Origin: Podarcis melisellensis
Lineage: Eukaryota
Assembly (NCBI GenBank): GCA_964234715.1
Contig: OZ174289.1
Length of the DNA stretch: 64,000 nucleotides
Reading direction: 5' to 3' (one strand)
Position 1 is the first letter of the stretch, and each line of letters opens with the position of its first letter. The notes under the pieces are model-generated. The model was given only the letters and a program-made list of their open reading frames with translations, was not told where the DNA came from and searched no databases. Positions 38,866 to 51,420 of the stretch are shown piece by piece. A program made the translations under genes and the position numbers.

Positions 38866-39554
38866 TGCAATCTTAAGAGATGAAACCATGTGCTCGTCCA
38901 CAGGTCCTAGCAGTTTTCCAGAAGCATGGATGTGCCTTATGTTTGTTTACATCAGAGGGGAGGAAAATGTTCCCTTCCTGATGCTGCTGGACTCCAACTT
39001 CCATCAGCCCCAAGCCAGCATGGCTGCTGTAATGTCTGCCTTTCCCGGCTTCATTTGGGCAGAAGGATAAACAAAATATAGTCATGTTGAGCCAAAAGAA
39101 AAGGACTCCAGAATCCAAAACTGGGCAATACATTCATTAGGAGGACCACCCAAAATATCACAAAGTTGTGGCATGCTTCCATGTTCTCCAGGACTCTTCA
39201 TTAGGTGAGATGTTGCACAAAGCATGGGGGGCGGGGCGGAGAGAAAGAAGGAAACATATCACTAAATTAAAAACTACAAAAAAATGTTTATTAGGCAACA
39301 AGCCCCTATTCCCCTCAGAGAGTTACAATTCCCATAGTTCCCTGCAAAGAAGCATCAGTTGTTAAAGCACTCTGGGAACTGTAGCTCTGTAAGAGGGGAA
39401 AGGTGTCTCCTGCAAATCTCAAAATAAACTATAGTTCCCAGGATCTTGTAGGGGGAGCCATGACTGTTTAAAGTGGCACGACTTTGTTTTAAACGTATAG
39501 TGCAGATGCAGCCTCAGTTCTAAGATGGGAGAATGCTGGCTGAATGGAACACAC

Positions 39555-39630
39555 TGTCTGATGAAAAGTTCTAAGAAACTCAGAAGCATGCCACAAGTTT
39601 GTGACATCTTGATTAATCCTCCTAATAACA
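39555..39630 (+). mobile_element. Old PLE-derived fragment with a degenerate hammerhead
   Basis: CTGATGAAAAGTTCTAAGAAACTCAGAAGCATGC followed by tttgtgacat...cctaataa; resembles the 47350-47435 copy. Confidence 0.4.
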
Positions 39631-40449
39631 CACACTGCCCGATTATAGATTCTCTGGAGCTTGAAAATCCAGTAACTCAAGAATTTTCTTGCCTAGGCAA
39701 ATGTTGTTGTCTATTACTAACAATATTTTCCGGTGCAATGAAGTTATTTTTCTAAGACAAATAAGAAACTCGTTTTCCCACCAGCATTTTAGCATCATAA
39801 AACCCAGGAAGAATTCTTATCTCTGGAGCGAGATACCAATTTGTTTCACTTAATCATAAAAAGCTGTCTCAACTGTAGGACTGCCCTCTCATTTACAAGA
39901 AGGTCTGGCAGCCCTAACCAAGAATCCTCCTCTAAGCACGGGCAGCATTCCTTTCCCTCCAAGGGAAAGATTATTATTATTATTATTATTTATTACTTGT
40001 ACCCCACTCATCTGACTGGGTTTCCCTAGCTATTCTGGATGGCTTCCAACAGATATAAAGATAGAAAGGCAAAGCATTCCTGAGCAGGTGCAAAGTGCAT
40101 TTGCACATTCCCACTGAACACTGTACAAATTGGTGTACCATGGTAAGGTTTCCACTGGGTAATCCTTCACATACCCATGAGTATCCAGAAAGCTTCCGAG
40201 TCACAAAAACCTGCTTTGAATCTGGCAAGATAACATAGCAGTTTGGGACAAGTCACAACTGCATGCTGAATAGTGGAAGGTGGGAGTGGGGATACCATAT
40301 TACCTAATGGATTGGCACGTCTTGAAAGCGCTTATTATAAACCCAAAATTGCTCGTTGCCATTCACATATTTCAGACAGGGGAAACTAAAAGGGGGAAAG
40401 GAAAAGGAAGAGAAAGGAAAAGAAGAAATGAAAGTACACAAATACAGTA

Positions 40450-40675
40450 CAGTGGTACCTCGGGTTACAGACGCTTCAGGTTACAGACTCCGCTAACCCA
40501 GAAATAGTACCTCGGGTTAAGAACTCTGATTCAGGATGAGAACAGAAATTGTGCTCCGGCAGCACGGCAGCAGCGGGAGGCCCCATTAGCTAAAGTGGTA
40601 TCTCAGGTTAAGAACAGTTTCAGGTTAAGAACGGCCCTCCTGAACAAATTAAGTTCTGAACCCAAGTTACCACTG
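40450..40675. mobile_element. Tc1/mariner (Tigger-like) MITE
   Basis: TA-CAGTGGTACCTCGGGTT...ACCACTG-TA. Confidence 0.85.
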
Positions 40676-43623
40676 TACTCACCAAAAAAGTTAAGTACTT
40701 GCAAAGTTTGTTGCCCTCAGAGAGCTATCAGTGTGAGTGTTAAACCAATCCAGCAAGATTTTAATTACTTTTAATGATAACTATCACAGACAGAGATCTG
40801 GACTTGCATCTGAGGGACCTGGGATCAAGCCCTTGCCCAGCAATTGGTTCCCTCACATCATCTTGGGCAGTACTAAATGTACTTAGTGATTAAATGCACT
40901 CAGCATTTCATGAAAAATCTGCCCCTGGAAAAGCTGAACTCTGAGACCTGCCTAAACTATGCAAATCTAATGGGGCCGCAACCAAACTGAAGAAATCTTA
41001 GCTGATTAAACTGTATGAGTGCCAGGAATCGATTCATTGATTACGCTTGCATGCAAGTTCAAACAGTAGCTTTGGATCAAAGCCCATCCTTTTGGATCAT
41101 GCACCTGTGCGTCGCAGTAGGCATCATCTTAGAAGAAGCATTCTCTCCTGTATGAGAAAAAAGGAGGGATGCCTCTGTAAAGATTGTACTTGCCACCTGC
41201 TGTTCTTTGGAAGTACCTGTACTAAATAGTTATTATGAGTACATATAGATTGTCACCACATTGTAAGCTGAGCAAAGGCTTTTAAGCCAATGTACTGACT
41301 GATCAGTCAAAACACTGCAGCCCTGAAATTTAATTGTGTTCACATATTTTGCACAAATTATTTAGCTCTGGTTAGCAAGGAGAGAGAGAGAGATGGAGAG
41401 AGAGAGCACAATGCTTACGGTAGTTTCAGCTAGGCATAGTGAGAATTCAACATCATCTGCTCAGACGATTGCAAGTCTCAATGAGTTTCTTAAGAACCAG
41501 AAACTTGTCTCACTTTAGTTTTAGCTTTTCTATATTTTTTAAAAAATAAATGCTTGCACAATGCAATTGTGCGCCAAACAATTGCCTTAACGAAATTACT
41601 GTCTCTCCGGCTCAGTTCTCTATCTCTGTGGAGAACTTGCAAAGGAGACCTTCCCAGTGAATCATCCCATGTGAGTCAAATTCATCTCCCATTGTAACCT
41701 CCACCATGTGAGGCAGCTGCCTCATGTTACGTCACACGGTCTACTTCCTGCCTGCACAAAGATTGTTTGATTCTTCCTGCCTTTTAAGCTATTCTGGGAG
41801 ACTCTGGGCTCTGACTTGCTACCAACCAAAGTGAAGCTGATGAGAACATGGAACAAGGCCTTCTCCATGGTACTGCATAAGATCCTAAACTCCTCCTCCA
41901 GAAAGTTTAGTTCATTCCCTTCCAGCCTTCCAGACTATTCACATTGTTTTGTTTAAAAGTGCATTTGAGGCTGCCCCATTCCCAATTATTGTTTATAATG
42001 CTTTTGTTTTAATACTCCTGTTTTTAAACTGAGGTGTGTCTTAAACTCTGGGAATTGTGGATCCCTCCATGAGCAGGTGCAAACCAAAAAACATTACTGA
42101 ACCAAAGGAATCTACAAGGATCCTGCAATGCAGTCAGCAGTGAACCAGCTGCTTCCTGAAAACATGAAACTGTTTGGAAAAGCTCCGCCTCTTCACAATT
42201 TGAAAGCATCAGACATAAACTTTCCTCGACACGGATGGCTTAAAATGCTTATTATGCTGTGTAGCTTAAATCTGACTTGCAAACATTCCCAAGGAGCTGA
42301 AATAATACTAGGTCGTCTCATGGTGCAACTCCAGCATATTAATATAAAGTTGGTCTGAACCGAATGCTTCTTCCAGGACAGTTTGGCTCCAAAGACTCCT
42401 ACAGAGTAGACTCTCTGTCTCCACAATGTGTTCTTTCCTATTTTTTACAAAATTCAGGTCATAGGACAACCTGGGTTTCTCAAGAGACCTGGCCATCAAA
42501 CCACCTTCTCTGATATGGCTGGGGAGCGCTTCCAGATTTTTCGGAACCTAGCATTATTTTGCAGATCCAGCCCCCTGTACAATGCATAAGAGAGAAAGAG
42601 AGATGTCTCGTTTCGTATGGGTCAAGAACCAGACATTATTCTGATTCCTGTCAGATTCAGCAGAGCCTCCATAGCTCCGTAAAAAGTCAAGCATGAAAAG
42701 ATTTCAATAGAGGCCCAGGAAGCACACAGAGATGTCTGATCCCTCTGTCTCAAGAAGCTCAGGGTAGTTCATCAATATGCACTGACAATGTTGGCTTGAG
42801 TGAAGGGAGAACAGAATCCTTTCTCACCCCATAACAGAAGGATATATACTCTCCAGGAAGAAATAAGGTTCTCACAACAAGCACCAGAAGTTTCTCAGTT
42901 AATACTGCCTCTCTATACTGGATTATCAGATAACTCTAATACAGTATTCTTTATGAGAAGACAACATTTATTCTCACTTCTTTTTTACTTGGAATTTGTT
43001 ACTTTAACCCACATGCAACTACTGCACTTATTCTATGTGCCTACCTTATAGTTTTGTTTTCCATCCTTTACTTTTATCTGCTTTTTAAAAAATAACTGTT
43101 CTCTCTGTTTTATATACACTATAGAATGAAATAAAAAATATTTATCCCCACCCCACCCCCCAAAACTAAAAAATCACTCTGCCTTTCTAGAAATGTTCAC
43201 CTTGAAGATATAAGGCAGGGAAGGGATGCCTGATCCTGCAGGTGCCATAGGACGAAAACTCCCAACATCCCTGGCCATCCAACCTGCTGACTGGGGCTAA
43301 CGGGAGTCTCAGCCCAACAACTTCTGGTGGTAACATCAAAGTCCTGGCCAGCAAGGAACTTGTGGGCAATTCAAAACAGGAAACAGATACAATGGACCAA
43401 GGAAAGCTTGCGATCAAAGCCAAAATGGCAACTGCCGTCTCCAGTACTTTCCCCTCAGTATCTGATAATGAGAGATATGAGCACAAGAGGAGTCCCACTG
43501 GATCAGTCCAATGGCTCTTCTAGTCCATCATCCTCTTCTCACAGTGGCCCAGCAGATGCCCATGGGAACCCCTTCTCTCTTAACTTTATTTTAATGTCAT
43601 GATTTAAAGACACCAACAGAATG

Positions 43624-43937
43624 CCCAGTATACCTGAAGGAGTGTCTCCTCCCCCATCGTTCAGCCCAGACATTGAGGTCCAGTGCCGAGGGCCTTCTGG
43701 CCGTTCCCTCACTGCGAGAAGTGAGGTTACAGGGAACCAGGATAGGGCCTTCTTGGCAGTACCGCCCTCCCATCAGATGTCAAGGAGATAAAAAACTACA
43801 CAACTTTTAGAAGACATCTGAAGGCAGCCCTGTTTAGGGAAGTTTTTAATGTTTGATGTTTTGTCATGATTTTAATTTTCTCAGACAGATGGGCAGGGTA
43901 TAAATATATCTATCTATCATCATCATCATCATCATCA

Positions 43938-43984
<47 letters not shown>
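43624..43984 (+). mobile_element. L2 LINE 3' end (same family as 16000-16484)
   Basis: Direct similarity to 16094-16420; (ATC)n(ATT)n tail. Confidence 0.82.
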
Positions 43985-45076
43985 TCTATCATCTATCTTT
44001 GGCTGTGACTACCAAAACACCCTATCAAAATTTATTCCATAGCTTATGTATTCCATAGCGGGACACTTCCTCTCACTTCATCCTGGACCAGGATTAACAG
44101 CACTGAAAATACTAAAATTCCAGAGTTTTGACAGGGCAGAGAATTCCTCATACAAAAAAACCAACAACAAAGGAACCCTGGGCATTTGCTTACATCCCTT
44201 TACAGCTCCATCCCTCCCCGGCTCATTCTCACATTGGGTGCACCTTGACCCACCATTCCCCATGCAGACCATCATATATACCAAGTGTGAGGAACCTATG
44301 ACCCTTCAGGTGTTACTGGACTACAACTCCCATCAACCCTTAGCAAGCATAGCCAATAGCCAGTAATGATGGGAGTTATAGTGCAGCAACACCTGGAGTG
44401 CCAAAGATACCTCACACCTGCTATATACCCATAGTGAACTCAAATCCCTAAGTGCTGGTCCTTATCTATCCACACACAAAATGGGGTAGCTACAGGCTGT
44501 GGAGAACACTAAGGTTTCCAGATGTACAAAAACACACACACACTTTAAAAAACCTCAATCCAATTCAAGTCTCACCACCCACAAAATGGGTGACTGATTA
44601 ACTGCTGGAGGGCAGAAAAAACAGCAGCAAACTGGGGGGAAGAGGGGAGTGAAATGCAAAATCCTAGAGAAAGGCATAGCTGGTTCGGTGGAACTCTGAA
44701 CAGCTGTGCTCCACCACTGCAGGCCCCACTTCTACCCTTTCTAAAGTCCAAATATTTTTGCTGCTTCCCACTCTTGTAGTCACTACTACATGCAGACTTT
44801 TAAGTGCCTGGAGGCTTACTCTTGTGTTTTGCGGTTTGATCTCACAAAGAAAAAGGGGCTTAAGGCTGGGTGTGAAGATCAGCATGAGGGGGATGACTAA
44901 GCTCAGAACCCTTAGTCTTATGGTTCTGTATAACTCATAAAGGGGAATACCATCACAAACCTTTAATAAGGCCTTTCACACAGCCAACATGCAGTGCTAA
45001 CCAAGATTCCCACACCCACAAATAGTACAGATTCATCTCAGTTAAACAAGCCCCTGACAAACCATGCATCCATCCC

Positions 45077-45093
45077 ACTTGCTTGCTTGCTTG

Positions 45094-45144
<51 letters not shown>
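45077..45144. repeat. (GCTT)n(GCCT)n microsatellite
   Basis: Seen directly. Confidence 0.95.
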
Positions 45145-45145
<1 letters not shown>

Positions 45146-45809
45146 CATCCAGGCCCTGCAGCTTGAGGCAATGTCTGCCACTGCAACCTAATTATGGAAG
45201 CCAACACCTATTGAAACAGTCTGCATCGTTTCACACAGGAAAACCTTGCTTCCAGTTACCTGGTTAGTACCAAAGCCAATTCACATGACCAGATTGGTGT
45301 GGTAAGGAAAATGGGGGGTTGTGGTGTATTCATTGCTCTACCACAAAACCAATTTGAGTGCTTCTTCTGTTGTGGAGGGAGCGCGGCTCATAGGAAGAGA
45401 CCATAGCTTTGTGGCATAACTATGGCAATCCCCATTTCAGAAGCATCCAGTAGCAGATGATGGAAACGATCTTTTTTCAAGACCCTGGACAGCCAGCCAC
45501 TGCCAGTCAATGGATACAACTGGGCTAGTTGAGTAAACAGCCTGAGTCAGTTTACAACAGCCTCCTAGTGTTTTGATGCAAAAGATACTGAAAAGTGAGT
45601 TAGGAGATGACACAGTGGGTGAGGGATGCAACTGCGGTGACACAGCAGCTCAGAGCACGTTCTCCATATGTCACTTTGGGGCGTGTGGTTTTTGCAATGA
45701 ATGCTTATGAACATACAGGAAGGAGCAAAACAGACACAAACCACACAACACACACAGCTGCTGCGGCTGCCTCAATCAGTGCCCCAAACCCCACCCTGCC
45801 CCTTCTTAC

Positions 45810-46472
45810 CTTGAGCTTTTCAAACCGGTCACTCAGGGATGCCACCTGGTGATCCCGGTGCCGCCCCACCAGTTTGCATAAGGCACAGATGAGCTGGTCA
45901 TCAGCCACACAGTACATGTTCACCTTCTCGTTCTCATGCTCAAGGCAAGTCAGCCCACGGAAGTGGGCGTCCGGCACAGGCTCCACCAAGCGGTGGCTGG
46001 TGAACGGCTTCTTGTTGGGGTGCGTGGCCCGCAGGCAGCGGTCGCAGTAGGACACCTCGCAGGTGATGCAGGTCTTGACAGCGTCGCGCGGAGGGTCCTG
46101 CTCACAGAACTGGCAGGCTATCCTGTCGCCCGCCGACATGGTTGGGCTGTGGCGGTATGGCCGCTCACGGCAGTTCTCGCTGGGGGAATTTGGCCCGCTC
46201 AGGGAGGCCTTCTGGAAGCGGTCGATGATGTTCTGCAAGGTCACATTGCGCTTGAGGCCCTCCAGGCCCCGATGGTTGAGGGAGATGACATAGCGGCAGG
46301 TGGGGCACTGGAAGGCGGTGATGGGCTCAAGAGGCTCTCCGGCGGAGCAGTTGGAGACCAGGATGCGGTGGGCACAGCTGGAACAGAGGCTATGAGCGCA
46401 CGGCAGAAGGAGGGGGTCTTCAAACAATTCCAAACAAATTGGGCAAGTCAGTTCCGACTCCAGTGTTTCCAT
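45810..46472 (-). CDS. MID2: First coding exon of E3 ubiquitin ligase MID2/TRIM1 (RING, B-box1, B-box2; 221 codons, phase-0 donor)
   Basis: [30 protein letters not shown]...[11 protein letters not shown] matches the MID1/MID2 N-terminus. [44 protein letters not shown] and VASL.DRFEKLK are MID2-type rather than MID1-type. Similarity stops exactly at donor AAG|gtaaga (45810/45809). Confidence 0.95.
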
Positions 46473-46528
46473 CTTTAGTTAAAGCAATCTGGCTTCAGCA
46501 CTAAAAACGAAGGAGGCAGGTTAGCCAC
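46473..46528 (-). other. MID2: Upstream (untranslated here) 56 nt of the same MID2 exon, with splice acceptor
   Basis: Polypyrimidine tract and acceptor ttctttctttcccag|GT at 46529/46528, 56 nt before the ATG; two in-frame TAA codons. Confidence 0.75.
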
Positions 46529-47349
46529 CTGGGAAAGAAAGAAGGGCAAGAGGGGACAGTGAATTATTTATAGACTTTCATTTATCGCCCTTCCTCCAAG
46601 GAGCTCAGAACAGCATTTTTAGCCTCACAATGACCCCTGAGAGAGAGAGAGAGCACTCACATCTGTGCTATACATTTAAAGCAGGATCATATATTTTAAG
46701 CAGTCATGGTTTCCTCTCCCACAAAGGATCCTGGAAACTGTAGCTTGTTAAGGGTGCTGAGAATATTAGGGAACCCCTATTCCACCCACAGAGATACATT
46801 TCTCATGATGGTTTAACAGTTGATACCTTTGTGAGGTGAAGAGGGGTCTCTTCACAGGTTAGAGCAACAACAAAAAAAGAATTAAGACAACTTAAAATCA
46901 CAATTAGAATATGCCCTATAAAAGATCTATTTCAAGTGTAGACGTACAGGGTAACAAAGTGCATGTTCAGCATATGACAAAAACTATACAATGAAGCTGG
47001 GAGAGGGAATTCCACAACTTAGGGGCTGCAACAGAGGATGCTCCACCTGGGCCACCCCCAAATTTCTGAGAGTGGTGCAGCTCTTAAGAGATTAAAACCC
47101 AAGAGGGTATGCTGGGAAAGAGATTCCAGGGGCTGAACCTTCTGCATACAAACGTATGTGCTCAGCTACTGGGTTGCAATTCATTTCCCTTTGAGCTGTG
47201 GTCCCTAACCTTCACTGTACATCAGTCCGTGTGGCTAAATATTTCCATGTGGATATTCCACAAATTAAAGGATCTGAAGATTTCGAACTGACACATTTAT
47301 GTAAGTTAGAGAAGGCCATTGATGGCCTACAAGAAAAAAACACAAATTT

Positions 47350-47435
47350 CCAATTCATATTAGCTCAGTCATAATGTTATGAAACTGTTGAGTGCAAGCT
47401 TTTGAGTTCCCCGGAACACTTCATCAGATGTTTAA
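47350..47435 (-). mobile_element. Old PLE-derived fragment with a degenerate hammerhead
   Basis: Minus strand CTGATGA-A-GTGTTC(cggg)GAACTC-AAAAGCTTGC; GAAA is mutated to AAAA, consistent with CpG decay. Confidence 0.5.
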
Positions 47436-48451
47436 AAGGCATTAGAGGGAAGAAGAGAGAGAAAGTCTGCTGCCGTTTATCAAGACACCTTAACCTGTTT
47501 TGCTGAAAGACTTAGGATATGGGAGGAGGTAGCAGACAACCAGGGGTACTTTTGCTTTCAAACAGAGCCCCAGCCATATGAAAAGTAGGAGCAAAAAAAT
47601 GAATGAGTTCCCATTTCTGCAAATACAACACCCAGGAATTACTCAGATTTTTCTTGAAGTATGGAACAGGGGAGGGGGGAAATAAAGAGGGAAATTGGAA
47701 AGAGGTTATTCCACACATTCTGTGCAAATTGGCAAACTGTGTTTTGTTGTTGCTACTGCTACACGCCACCCCTAATCTCTGTCAAATGGAAGCAAGATTC
47801 CAGGGATTCCAGGCACTCACCCAGGGTTGTGTTTCCACTGCAAAATCAAGGCACAGTGGAGTTTGCTGTGTCTTAGAAACGTGGTTTGCTCACACACATT
47901 GACACCTAAAGCCTTCCACAGAGGGGGCATAGAACATGACACCCCAAGAGTGTCTCTTGTTGCTCCTCTCGTCGCTTCAACAAGCTTGGGTCCAAAACAG
48001 CAGCCAGCCACGGCCCCCAGCCTCTCAGAACAGCCTCTCCCAGCCAGCATGCATGGAGTTCTGCCCACTTCCGGCTGCTTCTTCCCAACAGCCTTTGCAG
48101 AAAACAACTCTTCCCCTTCCGCTTCCAGCATCCCTCGCAACCTCATTTAAAAAGCCTCCTGCAAAAATCACTTTTTTTTTTACTGTGATGACATCTTGCC
48201 CCTGTACTAATTCTGGAAGCCTCCCCCTTTCTTGTCCGATGCTGAATGCCTCACCTTTTGGCAGGATAATGACTCCGCTATCTCCCCTCTAAGGAAGTCA
48301 AGCCAGAGAAGCCTAGCTCCTGAGGAAGCTGGCTTGACTTCAAACCCCATATTTACTAATTTCAGAAAATATGGGCAGAAACTTGCACCCAGGAATTTTA
48401 AGGGATCCTTGGCTCCTGCAAACCCAGAACACTATTTATTTGACTTGGTAG

Positions 48452-48541
48452 CATAGCTGTCAACTTTTCCCTTTGCTTGCGAGTAATCCTATTCGGAATA
48501 AGGGAATTTCCCTTAAAAAGGGGGGAAAGTTGACAGCTATG
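48452..48541. mobile_element. 90-bp hAT MITE (TIR CATAGCTGTCAAC)
   Basis: Perfect TIRs; perfect TSD cttggtag. Confidence 0.9.
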
Positions 48542-48613
48542 CTTGGTAGTCACTTGTTGCCCAAAGGTGTCTAAGTGGTTTACAATGTATTTTAAAACAT
48601 AAATGCATTATAC

Positions 48614-48651
48614 TGTGTGTGTGTGTGTGTGTGTAAGTATTGGGAAATAAA

Positions 48652-48703
<52 letters not shown>

Positions 48704-48719
48704 TATTTCCCAATACTTA
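48614..48719. repeat. (TG)n and (GA)n microsatellites with a 19-bp inverted repeat around the (GA)n
   Basis: Seen directly. Confidence 0.9.
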
Positions 48720-49170
48720 TATACCACTTAATTGTAATAAAACCTCAAAGCAGTTTACAAAAAATCAAAGCATTCAAAAATAATTAAGTCAATTATAAGT
48801 TTACATTGCATGTTGACATTCCACCCATCTGGGTAGTGTTGTCTAAGCAGAAATGTGTTTTAACAGGCTTAAAAAATAATGAAGGGGAAGGCACCTGCCT
48901 GATGTCATTAAGCAGGGAGTTTCAAAGTGTGGGTGCTACCACACTAAAATATCAGTGTCTTACAAATGTGGAGTGAGCGAGCCTTTTTTCCTAGCTGGAA
49001 CTCACCAGAACTCAGTTCCGGCACCTCCCAGGTGGGTGCAACTCCCGAACAAGGGAGGTGTTCATGGTGAATTCCAGCACCTCCTTTTTCTAGAAAAATA
49101 GCACTGGGAATGAGCATTATGTGGTACCTGTACAAGTGACACTTCTGCAGATCAAAGTGGTTGAGTGAGC

Positions 49171-49290
49171 TTTTAGAAGACATCTGTATCGGGAAATTTT
49201 TAATGCCTAATGTTTTACCATTTTTAATGTGCTGGAAGCCACCCAGAGTGGCTGGGGAAACCCAGCCAGATGGGCAGGGGTACAACAACA
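49171..49290 (+). mobile_element. Short L2 3' end fragment
   Basis: ttttagaagacatctg...gccacccagagtggctggggaaacccagccagatggg, as in the 16000 copy. Confidence 0.7.
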
Positions 49291-50024
49291 ACACATATGC
49301 ACACACTCACACATACCAGGTATTCAGATCTTGATGAATGTGCCATGGGTGCCAGTACAAAATGTCTGCCACAGGCGGTAAAAAAAGGTCACAGTACTCC
49401 ATAACTGAGAACACCATCGTAAAAAGCGCTGCACAAACACACATATACAAAACATACATACACCAACAGCAACATTAAGCTTTGGCAACCCTCCAACAGT
49501 ACAGTGTCGGGGCACTCCCATGCAGAGGCATGCCAATTCGACAGTCCCACACCTGCAACCAGCTGGCTCAGGGATGAAGCCTGCTCTTCCAACTAGTTTC
49601 ATAACCCTGTCATCTCTGCTTTGGTTTTTGCGGAAGCCACTTCCCATCCTTCAGGTCTATTGTGCAACCAACAGTGCAGGAAGCTTCCAGGATTCATTCA
49701 CTTGCTCTGGTGAGGGTCAATGACTCACTATGCTCATGTCCCACTTTGCAGCTGTGTGCAGATACTCTTCTCCACCAAGAAAATAAGTAACTGTTGGGAA
49801 GTAGACATTCCTCATGTCACATATGCACGGAAGGCCATACAGGAATATAGGAAGCTGCCTTCTACTTACCATGAATCCACCTAGCTGAGCAGTCTTCAGC
49901 CATGCCCTTTAACCCAAACATGCACTGAGGGACAACTTTCTTGTTTGTTTGTTTGACCATATATTTACATGGTGGAAATGCTGCTGCCGCAACAACAACC
50001 CACCTTAGAATTCAACTATGACCA

Positions 50025-50160
50025 CAGTGTTTCTCAAACCTGAGTCCCCAGCCGTTGTTGGACTACAACTCCCATCATCCCTGACCACTGGTCCTGCTAG
50101 CTAGGGATGATGGGAGTTGTAGTCCAACAACGGCTGGGGGGCCAAAGTCTGAGAAACACT
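50025..50160. mobile_element. Palindromic hAT-like MITE, same family as 22829-22964
   Basis: Near-perfect fold-back over its whole length. Confidence 0.78.
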
Positions 50161-50814
50161 ACAATAGGGTGTCCACAACCCACCTACTGAAGCTCAGTGA
50201 CCTAGTTCGGTATGGCCTACACTGACTGGCAATGGGTCTCCAGCATTTTAGTCCGGGGTCTCTCTCACAGCCTAGCCGGGGTTTTAAACTGGAACTGCAG
50301 TGGTGGAACTGCAAAGTGTGTGTTCTACCACTGAACCCTCACAATCCTTATTCCCCCTCTTATCCCCATCTCCCACCTTTTTAAAAATAATAATAATAAT
50401 AATAATTCTTATTAAAGATTTCTTTCCATGCATTTCCAGAGACAGAGGGAGAAATTCGTTAAGAGGTCTCTGCTGCGCCGTCTCAACCCCTCCCCCTCCT
50501 TCCCATTCCAAGTTGTTGTCTTCAAGTACCTCCCACTCCTCTCTGAATCAGGGTGCTCAGAGGGAACCATGACAAACACAGCAGGCTGTTTGTTGCAAGT
50601 GGGACGGATCGCTCTGTCCCTCCTCTGCCAGTCTCAGCAGGCTAGTAGAATTTTTTGCAGGCTAGTTGCTTTTTGTGGCTCTAATTGCAAGACAGTGTCA
50701 CCAAGACAGCTAACCTTCACCAAAGAGCATAAGGCTGGCTGCAGCTTCCCAGAGTTTCAGAAATGAGGTCTTTCCCAGTCTTACTTGGATATGATGCCAG
50801 GGATTGAACCTGAG

Positions 50815-51420
50815 CATAGCTGTCAACCTTCCCTTTTTTGGCAGGAAATTCCCTTATTCCAGCGCAGTTTCCCACTGCCTCCCGCTGCTATCCCAGATTG
50901 TTAGATACAGTATCCCGTAGATTGTCCCTGGGACAGGTGAGGCTGCTGATCCCTTATTTTCGAGGCTAAAGGTAAAGGGACCCCTGACCATTAGGTCCAG
51001 TCATGGCCGACTCTGGGGTTGTGGCGCTCATCTTGCTTTATTGGCCGAGGGAGCCAGCATACAGCTTCCGGGTCATGTGGCCAGCATGACTAAGCCGCTT
51101 CTGGCGAACCAGAGCAGTGCATGGAAACGCCGTTTACCTTCCTGTCGGAGTGGTACCTATTTATCTACTTGCACTTTGACGTGCTTTTGAACTGCTAGGT
51201 GGGCAGGAGCTGGGACTGAGCAAAGGGAGCTCACCCCGTCGCGGGGATTCAAACTGCTGACCTTCTGATCGGCAAGTTCTAGGCTCTGTGGTTTAACCCA
51301 CAGCGCCACCCATGTCCCTCAATCCACCACCCGCATCCGACCTTCAATCTATGACGTGGTGCAATCCCATTTTCCAGGCTGCTGATCCCTTATTTTCAAA
51401 TCTGAAAGTTGACAGCTATG
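50815..51420. mobile_element. Longer hAT MITE of the CATAGCTGTCAAC family, containing a Sauria SINE
   Basis: Perfect 13-bp TIRs; perfect TSD aacctgag (50807-50814, 51421-51428). Confidence 0.88.
50967..51318 (-). mobile_element. Sauria SINE, full length, nested in a hAT MITE
   Basis: Reverse complement of the consensus; bracketed by a 22-bp direct repeat aggctgctgatcccttattttc (50940-50961, 51376-51397). Confidence 0.9.

Noticed and set aside
45705-45809. ORF extension VRRGRVGFG... beyond EKLK
   Set aside because: Intron read-through after the canonical AAG|gtaaga donor; no MID similarity.
45810-46472. Assignment as MID1
   Set aside because: Diagnostic residues ([34 protein letters not shown]) match MID2.
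45936-46478. 180-aa plus-strand ORF
   Set aside because: Antisense shadow of the GC-rich MID2 exon.
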